Part shown: in pieces, positions 28,925 to 37,645 of the stretch
How the letters are laid out: the number at the start of each line of letters is the position of its first letter
Position numbering within the stretch: the first letter of the stretch is position 1
From: a virus
Taxonomy: Duplodnaviria; Heunggongvirae; Uroviricota; Caudoviricetes
IMG/VR virus record: IMGVR_UViG_3300035182_001709
Strand: one strand, 5' to 3'
DNA: 64,000 nucleotides
The notes under the pieces: model-generated
Seen by the model: the letters and a program-made list of their open reading frames with translations, nothing else
Databases searched by the model: none
What the model was told of the DNA's origin: nothing
Translations under genes and position numbers: made by a program

Positions 28925-29123
28925 CCCACCGAGCCGCGCCCAGCATCTCCTTGCTCGAGAGGATCTCTGCGTCGAGCATCAGCATATCGTGGCTCAGCCA
29001 ACGCCGGGCCCGCTTGATCGCCTCACCTTCGGTGGCGGCCTTGATCTTGATGGCGCTGGGCTTCACTGCGACCGCACCGAGCTTGCGGAAGAGAACGCGG
29101 AAGATGCGAATGTCAGGCGGCAT
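28917..29123 (-). CDS. hypothetical small protein (68 aa)
   Basis: ORF; start overlaps upstream gene stop. Confidence 0.5.
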   Translation of the reverse strand: MPPDIRIFRVLFRKLGAVAVKPSAIKIKAATEGEAIKRARRWLSHDMLMLDAEILSSKEMLGAARWAQ

Positions 29124-29290
29124 CGAGCTGCTCCTTCATGGCGTCCCGGGCCTCGATACGCTTGGCGCGGCGGTTGATGGCGCGCTTGATGCGGGCCGCG
29201 GGCTTGCTGAGTCCACCGCCACAGTCCTTGCTGGTGTAGCGGCCGGCTTCTTCCCAGTGCTTGTTGGCGATCTTCTTCCAGGTGGCCATG
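29114..29290 (-). CDS. hypothetical small protein (58 aa; not in ORF track)
   Basis: manual translation MATWKKIANKHWEEAGRYTSKDCGGGLSKPAARIKRAINRRAKRIEARDAMKEQLDAA; cassette 29291..29331. Confidence 0.45.
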
Positions 29291-29307
29291 TGTCTACTCT
29301 ACCACGA

Positions 29308-29661
29308 TCAACCGGGAGTTTGCACCAGGCCCGCCTTGACTGCCGCGAGCTCCGCGAGCTGGGTTCGGGCATATGTGTGGGCCAGCTTCCGCGCCTGCTC
29401 CAGGTGGATGCCGGTGAGGTGGTTCCCGCGGGCCAGCCACTTGCCGTAGTAGGCAATGCGATGCCCATGACTGTGACGGACGCCCACTTGGTTGTTAACG
29501 TGAGTGCTCTCGGTCGCCTTCTCGGAAGTGGTCTGGCGCTCGTAGAGGACCTTGATGGCACGCTCCACCGCGGCAGGATTGGCGTCCAGGGACGCGCGGA
29601 CCTTCGCGGTCATCTCAGAGCGAACCTTGCTAGAGAGCTTGATGCGAGCGGGGTGGGCCAT
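29308..29661 (-). CDS. hypothetical protein (117 aa)
   Basis: ORF plus cassette 29662..29700. Confidence 0.55.
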   Translation of the reverse strand: MAHPARIKLSSKVRSEMTAKVRASLDANPAAVERAIKVLYERQTTSEKATESTHVNNQVGVRHSHGHRIAYYGKWLARGNHLTGIHLEQARKLAHTYARTQLAELAAVKAGLVQTPG

Positions 29662-29700
29662 GATTTGATTCTATCCCGATCGATGTTGAAGATTCACGGA
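29662..29700 (-). promoter_or_regulatory. promoter cassette GTGAATCTTCAAC-ATCGATC-GGGATAGAATCA-aatc-ATG
   Basis: repeat family. Confidence 0.6.
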
Positions 29701-29987
29701 GTCGCGCGGATCGTGAGACCCTCCACGTTGGTGAGCCCGAGCTCCTTGGCCGACCAGGGCGTGAAGATGACGTCAACGGTGCACTTCCACTTCGCGGTGG
29801 CCAAGAACTGGGTGATGGCTTTGGCGATCTCCGAGGTGTGGCGGCACTTCCCGAAGCGCTGAGCGCCCTCGCAGGTGCAGCGTCCACGGTTGTCCAGCCG
29901 GTAGACGCGATCGTCAAATGGGTTGTCCGAGAAGACGTATGCCATCGTGGTGTGGAGAGACTCTCGGTGGGCCTTGATCCGTGCCAT
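29694..29987 (-). CDS. small SWIM-type zinc-finger protein (CTCEGAQRFGKCRH)
   Basis: ORF plus cassette 29988..30027. Confidence 0.55.
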   Translation of the reverse strand: MARIKAHRESLHTTMAYVFSDNPFDDRVYRLDNRGRCTCEGAQRFGKCRHTSEIAKAITQFLATAKWKCTVDVIFTPWSAKELGLTNVEGLTIRATP

Positions 29988-30027
29988 GAGACAATCCTAC
30001 CTCAGTTCACCAAGGATTTGCACCGTC
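29988..30027 (-). promoter_or_regulatory. promoter cassette GTGCAAATCCTTG-GTGAAC-TGAGGTAGGATTG-tctc-ATG
   Basis: repeat family. Confidence 0.6.
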
Positions 30028-30191
30028 ACCCGTGAGGCCCTCTCAGGCCCGGTAGGTAGGAAACCCTGTCCTGACCGGGAAGGCACTCACGGGGGTCACT
30101 GGTGGGTCCGGTCAGGGGTCCCGCTTGGGCAGTGATCGATCATTGCATCGAGTTCGTTGTTCTGGCTCGTGTTCTTCCCCTCTCTCTCCCC

Positions 30192-30557
30192 TCAGTCGAC
30201 CGAGCACATCAGCGCTTCCTGGACCAGCGTCTGGTTGAGGCCCTGCTTGAAACCGTGGAACGTGCGCCAGGTGAAGCGCTTGGTGGGCTGCCCGTAACGC
30301 TTGAAGTTCCACCGCTCGTCCGCGATGATGGACTTGACGAGCTTCAGCACGTCCTTCGGGGACGAGGACTTTGCCTTCATGTGGAGGCGCTCCTCGAAAC
30401 CCGTGGTGTCGCCGGATCCGTCCATGCCGCCAACCGGCGAGCTGGAAGAGACGATCACGTGAACCAGGCGGGTATCTGCGTCGAGCTGGACCTCCATGCG
30501 ATCCGTGTACCGCGAGTCACCTGCGATGTTGGCGTAGATGTAACCGAGTTGGATCAT
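30192..30557 (-). CDS. hypothetical protein (121 aa)
   Basis: ORF plus cassette 30558..30598. Confidence 0.55.
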   Translation of the reverse strand: MIQLGYIYANIAGDSRYTDRMEVQLDADTRLVHVIVSSSSPVGGMDGSGDTTGFEERLHMKAKSSSPKDVLKLVKSIIADERWNFKRYGQPTKRFTWRTFHGFKQGLNQTLVQEALMCSVD

Positions 30558-30648
30558 GGGTCTAGTCTACCTCATCTTCTGGGAGAAATACACAGCCCCG
30601 TGAGAGCTTCTAGCGCTCGCGGGCTTGCAACTCATTGCACTGCTTGGG

Positions 30649-30861
30649 TCAGTCGTCGTAGCGACTGAAGTACTTGCCGCAGCACGGGCAGCTGGCATTG
30701 TTCCCGAGGCCCGGGTGGGAGCACCACTCGCGAGTCTCAGCGAGCAGCGCTCGACTGAGCTTGAGCTCGGTCTCCAACGCTTTGATGTGCTCCAGGACGC
30801 TCTGAACCGCGGGCGCGACCTGGTCCTGCGTCATCGGGAACTCAATCTTCGGGATCGCCAT
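30649..30861 (-). CDS. small Cys-containing protein (start MAIPKIEF) preceded by 24-aa micro-ORF 30862..30936 (TGATG coupling)
   Basis: ORF 30649..31044 trimmed; cassette at 30937..30975. Confidence 0.45.
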   Translation of the reverse strand: MAIPKIEFPMTQDQVAPAVQSVLEHIKALETELKLSRALLAETREWCSHPGLGNNASCPCCGKYFSRYDD

Positions 30862-30967
30862 CACTTCTTCTCTTTGCGTTTGAAGGGCCCCTCGTGGAGG
30901 ATCGCCTGCTTGATCTGCTCGCGGGTTTTGGCCATGTCTCTGTTGTACCTTGTTTCGTTGTTGAAGT

Positions 30968-31186
30968 TCACAGCTGCGCGGCACGCTGGAGGCAATCACG
31001 CCACTCTCGGCAGAAGTAGTCCCACTCCTCGTGGCTGGGATCACGGCCCAGCACGCCCGAGACAGTGCGGCGGACTGCGTGGTCGGGCTCGTGGCCCAGT
31101 TCAGCCCACTCCTCGGCCATGCCGCTGCCGATCGTGATGTCCCAGGCCGTGCTCTCGAGGATCCGACGGGTGCCTTGGTTGACCAT
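30968..31186 (-). CDS. hypothetical small protein (72 aa)
   Basis: ORF plus cassette 31187..31228. Confidence 0.55.
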   Translation of the reverse strand: MVNQGTRRILESTAWDITIGSGMAEEWAELGHEPDHAVRRTVSGVLGRDPSHEEWDYFCREWRDCLQRAAQL

Positions 31187-31228
31187 GAGATTATCCTACC
31201 ATGTTCAGATGTGAATTTGCACTCGCAA
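31187..31228 (-). promoter_or_regulatory. promoter cassette GTGCAAATTCACA-TCTGAAC-ATGGTAGGATAAT-ctc-ATG
   Basis: repeat family. Confidence 0.6.
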
Positions 31229-31533
31229 CGGACATTGGACGGTGCCCACCAGCCACGCCACGTGATCCACGAGCGTCATCAGCACCAGCTCGAGGCGGGC
31301 CATGCGCTTCTAACTTGTCCGCGAGGCCTATTGTAGGCCCAAGTCACAGACGATTTGCACAATGACACACGTGAATACTCACGGGCCCAAGTGGGGTAAC
31401 CCATTACCCTGACATGAAAGCACTCACGTGGGTCCCACGGGGGCTGTGACCGTGGCCCGAAACGGGGTCAAGGCCTGACCCAGTGAGGATCGCGGCCTTG
31501 ACTGTTGGAGTTTACCTTGTGAACTTCTGCGAA

Positions 31534-32181
31534 TCAGGCGTCCGTGCCCGTCGCCTCACGATCGGCCGCAGCCAGTGGCTCGACGTCCGAGGTGAAGCAG
31601 TACACCGGCTTGTTGACGCCCTCGATCTCGACGTAGCAGCGGATGCGCTGCGCCTTGGTGACCGTACCCGTCTTGCCGATGAAGCGCGGGTCGCCGCCAA
31701 CGATGGTGACCGTATGACCGGCCTCGATCCTCGTGTCCAGTGCTCGCTCCGTCGCCTTGACGCGGTTGAAGTGCTGGATGTGCAGCGCCAGGCTCGCCAG
31801 GTCGGCGCGGCCCAGGTTCGCGGTCGCATCACCGAAGAGGATCTGCGCGGCACCCGCGAGCTGCGGAAGCTTCTCGCCTGCCTTGGTGACCTTGCTCATG
31901 TGCGCCGGCTTGCGGGCTGCCAGCTTCTCGGCGCGGGCCTTCTCGCGGGCCGCTGTCTTCGCAGCCTTGCGCTCCGCGCGCTCCGCCTCGAGCTTCGTCT
32001 TGCGGGCCTCGCGCTCTTCGTCGGTGAGCTTCGGCTTCGCAGCTGCCCTCGCGGGCTTCTCCGCCTTCGTCTCCGCGGTCTTCGTCGCGGTCTCGCCCTT
32101 GGCCTTGGCCGCTGCGCGGGCCTTGGCCGCCGCAATCGCTGCATCGATCTTCGAGGTCTTCTCGTCCGACTTGTCACTCAT
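31534..32181 (-). CDS. Ala/Lys-rich histone-like (H1/HU-tail-like AKA repeats) protein with C-terminal KOW-like barrel
   Basis: 215 aa; promoter with ~45-nt leader and GGAGAG RBS. Confidence 0.55.
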   Translation of the reverse strand: MSDKSDEKTSKIDAAIAAAKARAAAKAKGETATKTAETKAEKPARAAAKPKLTDEEREARKTKLEAERAERKAAKTAAREKARAEKLAARKPAHMSKVTKAGEKLPQLAGAAQILFGDATANLGRADLASLALHIQHFNRVKATERALDTRIEAGHTVTIVGGDPRFIGKTGTVTKAQRIRCYVEIEGVNKPVYCFTSDVEPLAAADREATGTDA

Positions 32182-32293
32182 GGTGTTCTCTCCGTGAATC
32201 CTTGGTTTTGGTGGGTGCCAGCTTGTAGGTTGAATCTATGTCACACCGCAGGTGCTTTACACCCACGAAGTTCGCAAAGATTCGTTGATGATT

Positions 32294-32533
32294 TCAGGCA
32301 TCGAGCTCGAACCAGGTCTCGACCAGCGCCTTCGCGTGGGGCTTGCGCTGCTTGACCGTGATGCTGCCGTCGTCGTTGACGCTCTCGACGGTGGCCGGGA
32401 CGTCCTTGCGGAAGGCGCTCGCCTCCCCATCCTTTTCCGCGACGAACCCGTAGAGGACGCCCTTGTGGCAGAGGGCGAGGGTACCCATGGTCGAGTAGAT
32501 GCGGCGCGGCGAGTCGGAGGTCTTCATGCTCAT
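32294..32533 (-). CDS. hypothetical small protein (79 aa)
   Basis: ORF; cassette with 40-nt leader. Confidence 0.5.
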   Translation of the reverse strand: MSMKTSDSPRRIYSTMGTLALCHKGVLYGFVAEKDGEASAFRKDVPATVESVNDDGSITVKQRKPHAKALVETWFELDA

Positions 32534-32612
32534 GGTGTGCTCTCTTCCGTGGTGGTAAGGTTGGAGGGGGCTTGATTAGCCTATCACGTGATCTGGGGAA
32601 CTTGCACTGCGT

Positions 32613-32876
32613 TCAGTCATTGAAGATGTGAAGCCGGGTGCCCTGCTCGTCGGCCGACTTGTAGATCCAGGCAGCGATCTCGCCGTCGTTCACCTCGGTG
32701 TTCTCGTAGAGGAAGTCCTTGGTGCGCCCGGTGCGGTGGCTCTGAACCGTCAGCTTCATCGGGGCGCACCAGTCTGGGCTCATGCAGGCGATGCTGGAGG
32801 CCTCCGTGATGCCAACGTTATCCTTCCAGATGAAGATGAAGCCAGGGATGACCGGGATGTCGCAGGAAGTTTCCAT
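32613..32876 (-). CDS. hypothetical small protein (87 aa)
   Basis: ORF plus cassette 32877..32912. Confidence 0.55.
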   Translation of the reverse strand: METSCDIPVIPGFIFIWKDNVGITEASSIACMSPDWCAPMKLTVQSHRTGRTKDFLYENTEVNDGEIAAWIYKSADEQGTRLHIFND

Positions 32877-32908
32877 GGTTCTAGTCTACCACGATCCTCA
32901 CTAAAGGT

Positions 32909-33094
32909 TCACATCTCGCGGGTGATGATCTCCTCATCGTCAACGTCTTTGTTCCAGACGTTGATCGACAGGCACCGCGCCTTCTAGGAGGCGAGCTCTG
33001 TTGCTTCCTCCTCCGTCGCAGCCTCGACCTCAACGCCCCGCGAGAGGCGTTGGATGACCTTAACGGTCTAGGTGCGGACCTTGGGCTTAGGCAT
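32909..33094 (-). pseudogene. cassette-driven 61-codon reading frame interrupted by two in-frame TAG codons (pseudogene or readthrough candidate)
   Basis: ATG placed exactly like other cassette genes (cassette 33095..33139); TGA stop embedded in next cassette; TAGs at 33068-33070 and 32984-32986. Confidence 0.3.
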
Positions 33095-33168
33095 GTCTAG
33101 ATCCTAAACACGCCGGGACTTGAAGATTCACAGTGCAAACTTTCGTCCATGTGTGGTAGACTAGAACC
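33095..33168. promoter_or_regulatory. back-to-back divergent cassettes sharing CACAGTG core (minus GTGAATCTTCAAG...; plus GTGCAAACTTTCG...GTGGTAGACTAGaacc-ATG)
   Basis: strand switch of the small-gene array. Confidence 0.55.
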
Positions 33169-33393
33169 ATGGAAACCATCCAGTGCCGGACCTGCGGCGG
33201 CGTCGCCCATCCCGCGACCGGGTGCGCCTACACCGCGACCTTCATCGTCTGCGGGCCGTGCACCCGCGAGTTCTGGGCCTGGCTGCGCTCGCGGGTCAAC
33301 AGCCGCCCGAGTCGGCGCCACGGTGGCCCGAGCTTTTACGATCACGTCAACCGCGTCGCTCCCCCTGTGCAAATCCACCACGAAACGGAGTAA
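33169..33393 (+). CDS. small Cys-rich zinc-binding protein (CRTCGG...CGPC)
   Basis: ORF; plus-strand cassette 33140..33168. Confidence 0.55.
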   Translation: METIQCRTCGGVAHPATGCAYTATFIVCGPCTREFWAWLRSRVNSRPSRRHGGPSFYDHVNRVAPPVQIHHETE

Positions 33394-33402
33394 GATCTAA
33401 TC

Positions 33403-33771
33403 ATGGCCAACACCACCAACGAAATCATCGGCTACCGCGTCGTCAACACCCGTGACCAGGTCTTCGTCGACCATAACCCTAGCTTCTCTGGGTCCGGCAA
33501 CTTCCAGACCTCCCGTGAGCCGACGCCCATCTCGCGCGGCGATGCCTTCCGACGCCTCGCGGCCTTCCTCGATGCCTTCCCCGAGGAAGATCACCAGAAA
33601 TTCGCCGTCGAGCCCGTCTACCGTGAGCTGACGCCCATCGAGTCCAGTGCCCGCGAGCTCGGGAGTCTCCTGTCTTCCCTCTGCCAACGCCACGGGATCA
33701 ATCTCGGTATGTCCCAGGCCGAGATCGAGGCCCAGCTCGTCCGCGAGCTCCGGGCGTTCGGCGCCCGCTGA
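33403..33771 (+). CDS. hypothetical protein (122 aa)
   Basis: ORF. Confidence 0.55.
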   Translation: MANTTNEIIGYRVVNTRDQVFVDHNPSFSGSGNFQTSREPTPISRGDAFRRLAAFLDAFPEEDHQKFAVEPVYRELTPIESSARELGSLLSSLCQRHGINLGMSQAEIEAQLVRELRAFGAR

Positions 33772-33859
33772 GTTCACACCACAACTAGCGCACACGGGGC
33801 TCGGGCAATCGCTCGGGCCCCGTGTGCATTTTATCCCGCGATCGTGATACACTAGAACC

Positions 33860-34162
33860 ATGGCAACCAACCTCAAGTTCGCTGATGTGCTAAACTACCT
33901 CGCCACGTGCCAGCTCACCCCCACGGAGACGCAGCAGCTGGCCAAGGCCTGGAACGCCAACATCAAACGGCAGCGTACCGCGACGAAGGAGACCGCGATC
34001 GCCCAGTTCCGCGTCGGACAGCGCGTCAGCTTCACGGCCCGTGGCGGGTTTCCCTGCACCGGCGTCATCGAGAAGGTGATGCGGGTCAACTGCTGGGTCC
34101 GTGAGGATATGACGAAGCAGCGCTTCTACTGCCCGTCGACCTGCCTCAAGATCATCGCCTGA
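33860..34162 (+). CDS. hypothetical protein (100 aa)
   Basis: ORF plus cassette ending CACTAGAACC-ATG. Confidence 0.55.
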   Translation: MATNLKFADVLNYLATCQLTPTETQQLAKAWNANIKRQRTATKETAIAQFRVGQRVSFTARGGFPCTGVIEKVMRVNCWVREDMTKQRFYCPSTCLKIIA

Positions 34163-34177
34163 TCCTCGCTCGCGGGT

Positions 34178-34223
34178 GTGCAACTCGTTGCAAAGGCACC
34201 GACAGGTGTGGTAGGATAAATCC
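34178..34223 (+). promoter_or_regulatory. plus-strand cassette TGTGCAACTCGTTGCA...GGTGTGGTAGGATAaatcc-ATG
   Basis: repeat family; preceded by conserved GCGCTCGCGGG extension. Confidence 0.55.
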
Positions 34224-34679
34224 ATGACCTGGGGCAAGCGACCCTCATCACGTGGTAGGGGACCGATCAACTGGAAGAAGGACGCAGAGACCTTCGCGGT
34301 GCCGGTTGGCAAGATTCGGCGTCATACCCACGAGGAAGACGTCCCACTCGAGAAGCAAGAACTATACGCCGCCCACATGGTCCCGGGCGCGATGTGGGAG
34401 GTGATGAAGGACCTCGAGCTGGTCAAGCTCGGTCCCAACGTGGTGCAGCCGCCCTTTCCACTGCTGCAGGTCCACATACCTCGCACCTGGGATCCGACCT
34501 ACGATCCCAACAAGTCGACCGTTGCCCGCGCCAAGGCCATCGCTCTCTACGTTGACTCCGTCCGCGTGGATGAGCAGGGCAAGCAGGGCACGCTCCGCGT
34601 GGTCCGCCACACCTTCATCGTCGGCGGCGGGCGCTACATCATCACAGATCTCAACTGGGTCAGGCCGATTGATGACTGA
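34224..34679 (+). CDS. hypothetical protein (151 aa)
   Basis: ORF plus cassette 34178..34223. Confidence 0.55.
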   Translation: MTWGKRPSSRGRGPINWKKDAETFAVPVGKIRRHTHEEDVPLEKQELYAAHMVPGAMWEVMKDLELVKLGPNVVQPPFPLLQVHIPRTWDPTYDPNKSTVARAKAIALYVDSVRVDEQGKQGTLRVVRHTFIVGGGRYIITDLNWVRPIDD

Positions 34680-34959
34680 GAAGAAGCGTTCTCCACGGCA
34701 GCTGGCCCGCCTAGCGTTGGGCGAACTCGTCATCTACAACGAACACCCGTCCCGGAAGGACGAGCCCGACCGCTTAGCGATGGTCATCGGCTGCTGGCGC
34801 TGGGGTGCTGACAGCAAGACACGGGAGGACCTCTTCAACGTCTGCCCCCGCGAGGTCGACTGGGCACAGGGCTACCTGCTACTGCCCAACTCAGAATCGC
34901 GCTGGGTCCGTTGCTGGTTCGGCGACATAGACACACCCGAAAAGCTCCGCCGCGCTTAA
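34673..34959 (+). CDS. hypothetical protein (95 aa), ATGACTGA overlap with upstream gene
   Basis: C-terminal part of ORF 34522..34959. Confidence 0.5.
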
Positions 34960-34967
34960 ACGACTTT

Positions 34968-35012
34968 CGCCCCCGAAACTCTGTGGAGTCCGGGGGCGAA
35001 CCTCATTTTCGA
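34968..35012. terminator. perfect 10-bp GC hairpin (TTCGCCCCCG/CGGGGGCGAA) between convergent gene blocks; bidirectional terminator candidate
   Basis: inverted repeat followed by CATTTT. Confidence 0.5.
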
Positions 35013-35137
35013 GGCCTAGGTTACAGGGACTACGTCGGTTCGCCCTTTCACCTGCTTATAAAATATATTTGCTCAGGGCATGCACCATGCCATACCCGAC
35101 CCCCGAGCGACGCTGGTTGATGGGAAGTCCCTACGGA

Positions 35138-35545
35138 CTATCCCTCTTTCTTCCCATCGCTTGACTCCTCCTCTCGCTTGATGGTCTTGAGCTGCTTGAC
35201 CATCGGCTCAACCTTGGTCTTCATGACTTCATCGTAGACAGCCTGCTTGCGCGCCAGCCTCTGCCTCCGTGAAGGTCGCGTCGGCTTGCCTTTCTTTGGG
35301 ACGGCAACGTATTTGTTCTTGACGAGCTTCTTTCGCTCCTCGGGCAGCTTCACCAGCTGCTTCTTCATCTGCTTACGCCACAGCTTGCGAAACTTCCGCT
35401 TCAAGCGTCGGGCATCTTCCTGCTGCAGGCCTTTCAACGCACGGCGGACGTCCATCGTCGGGTCTTCCATCGGGACGATGCCCTCTTGGAACATTGCCGT
35501 ATGGATGAAGATTCGCGTGGCGTCGTTGAGCTTGTTGTTGCGCAT
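35138..35545 (-). CDS. basic Lys/Arg-rich protein (135 aa)
   Basis: ORF. Confidence 0.5.
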   Translation of the reverse strand: MRNNKLNDATRIFIHTAMFQEGIVPMEDPTMDVRRALKGLQQEDARRLKRKFRKLWRKQMKKQLVKLPEERKKLVKNKYVAVPKKGKPTRPSRRQRLARKQAVYDEVMKTKVEPMVKQLKTIKREEESSDGKKEG

Positions 35546-35880
35546 CAGCTGCCTCCGACCTTCTGCTGCCAGACTCGTCGAATCGATTCTATCGCCTGGT
35601 GCATCCGTTGTGCACCGACGGGATTGGCCGAATGAACGCTGATGATCTCAGGCGGGATGAAGTCCTGACGGGCGCACTGCTCTTCCAACCAGCAGACAAC
35701 ATCGTAGCCGGTGCCTGCGCTCAGAGGTCCCAGATCGTGGTCGAGGCTTAGCTCCACCACGCGGCCCGTCTCCAACAGGCGCTGCGCGCCCGCCGCTGTC
35801 TTGGCGTGGATCCAACCTGAGGGCGCAGGCCGCTCATCATCAAGCCACAGTCGCATCGTCATCTGCTTCTGCTGGGTCAT
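35545..35880 (-). CDS. hypothetical protein (111 aa)
   Basis: ORF. Confidence 0.5.
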   Translation of the reverse strand: MTQQKQMTMRLWLDDERPAPSGWIHAKTAAGAQRLLETGRVVELSLDHDLGPLSAGTGYDVVCWLEEQCARQDFIPPEIISVHSANPVGAQRMHQAIESIRRVWQQKVGGS

Positions 35881-36427
35881 CGTATTTCTCGTATCCAGGC
35901 GCCTTCGTCGCCCAGAGCAGGTATGTCCGCAGCATGGCGACCCGCGTCCTGTCGAAGGCTGCCTTGTCTTTCTTGGTCAACGCACCCAGGCGCCGCGCTA
36001 GCTTCCAACCACGGTGCCAGGCCTCGAACTCTTCATCAACGATGTCAATTCGATGATGAAATGAACGCTTAACGTCGGGATCCTGGTTGCCGTAGCCCAT
36101 CCCGTAGCGCTCATATTTGTCCTTGCTGCCGATCAGGTGGTGCCCACACTCATGCAGGAGGATGTGCAGCTGGTGCTTCGGCGAAGCCCGGCCGCTGACC
36201 TTGATCTCCTTGTCAGCCGTGTAGTAGATACCACCGCTGCGCTTGCAGAAGGTCACTGTCAGCGACCGGGCCTCACACCACTCCACCACCACGCGGAGTG
36301 CCGAAACGTAGTGGCGATCTTCCGTCCACCGCTTGGTGGCCCGGTCTGCGTTCTTGCCCGCTTGGATCGCTTTTTGAAAGCGATCCCAGGCACGTGCATT
36401 CCACAGCTCGAGATCGAAGGCCGCCAT
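35840..36427 (-). CDS. zinc metallopeptidase-like protein (HExxH: LLHECGHHLIG)
   Basis: ORF; immediately downstream of MoxR-like ATPase. Confidence 0.5.
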   Translation of the reverse strand: MAAFDLELWNARAWDRFQKAIQAGKNADRATKRWTEDRHYVSALRVVVEWCEARSLTVTFCKRSGGIYYTADKEIKVSGRASPKHQLHILLHECGHHLIGSKDKYERYGMGYGNQDPDVKRSFHHRIDIVDEEFEAWHRGWKLARRLGALTKKDKAAFDRTRVAMLRTYLLWATKAPGYEKYDDPAEADDDATVA

Positions 36428-36440
36428 GCAGGTAACTAGG

Positions 36441-37601
36441 TCACTTCTTCTTCCCTCCCGCCCCGGGCGACTTGAAGATGCCGGGGATGTCAGGAACGAT
36501 GCCGATGCCAGCCTCGCCCATCGGGACGCCGAAGACGTCCAGGACTGCGGCCGCGCAGTACTTGTGGATGCTGCGTGCCAGCTCCATTTTGTCGGTGCCA
36601 GGCAGGGTCAGCTTGGACCAGCAGTTGACGCGCTGCTCACCCGGCAGGTCCTTGAGAAACTGCTTCAGGTTGGTGCCTTGCTTCTCGGTCAGACTGTTGA
36701 GGTTCTTGGTCACGTGGTCCGAGACCTTATCGACCAGATCGTTGATGCGGTCGGCCGTGAACTTCTTGACCTTGTGCTGGACCTTGTCGTACCCGTCGAT
36801 CACGTCTTTGCCCGAGACGCGGGTGTCGACGGTGACCGCGAAATCGTGGAAGGCGATCGCCGCCTCGACACCGACGAAGCCCACGGCTATGTGGTAGAAC
36901 AGCGGGTTGCTGGGATCATCCGCGACCCCGGCGTGCTTGTGCGAGCGGTCCATACGCTCCCAGCTACGCCGCGAGGAATGAACGCTGCCGGCCTCGGCGC
37001 CCTTGGGCGGGTCGAGCCACTTCTCGCCGTTGGCAGCGTGGAAGTCGATCAGGGTCGGGTGAATGTCACCCTCGCCCTTTGCCCAGGCGAGCCAGTCCTT
37101 GACGTCCGGCTTGAGGTCGACGACCCAGAAGCGATCGAGGAGCGCCGGATCCATCTCGTTGACCGTGTACTCCTGTGAGGAGTTGATGGCCGACCAGACG
37201 CGGGTCTGGGGGTGCAGCTTCCAGCCGTTGAGCTCACGGTCGAGCACGATCTGGAACGCTGCCTGCATGACCTCCTGGGTCGCGCGGTTCAGCTCGTCCA
37301 GCAGGAGGAAGCAGGGCCGGACGCAGGCACGCTTGTACCAGTCGGGCGGATTGAAGCGCGTGACCTCGCCGTCGGTGCTGGGGAGGCCGATGAGATCGCC
37401 TTCCGTCTTCTGCGACAGGCGCTGGTCGATGAACTCGAAGTCCTTGATCTGCTCCGCGTGAGCGATGATGCGGGCGACCTGGCGAGCCAGCTGCGACTTG
37501 CCGATCCCGTGAGGACCGCGCAGCAGGACGGAGATGAAGGCGGGGAGCTTGGGAGAGACGTCCACAAGGGTATGGATCGCCATGGAGTTGGGAGTTGCCA
37601 T
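36441..37601 (-). CDS. MoxR/AAA_5-type AAA+ ATPase
   Basis: Walker A GPHGIGKS; 'LLLDELNRATQEVMQAAFQIVLDRE'. Confidence 0.75.
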   Translation of the reverse strand: MATPNSMAIHTLVDVSPKLPAFISVLLRGPHGIGKSQLARQVARIIAHAEQIKDFEFIDQRLSQKTEGDLIGLPSTDGEVTRFNPPDWYKRACVRPCFLLLDELNRATQEVMQAAFQIVLDRELNGWKLHPQTRVWSAINSSQEYTVNEMDPALLDRFWVVDLKPDVKDWLAWAKGEGDIHPTLIDFHAANGEKWLDPPKGAEAGSVHSSRRSWERMDRSHKHAGVADDPSNPLFYHIAVGFVGVEAAIAFHDFAVTVDTRVSGKDVIDGYDKVQHKVKKFTADRINDLVDKVSDHVTKNLNSLTEKQGTNLKQFLKDLPGEQRVNCWSKLTLPGTDKMELARSIHKYCAAAVLDVFGVPMGEAGIGIVPDIPGIFKSPGAGGKKK

Positions 37602-37645
37602 GTGGTGGTGTCTCTATCCTAACTTAGCGAGTCCCGGCTTTACAC

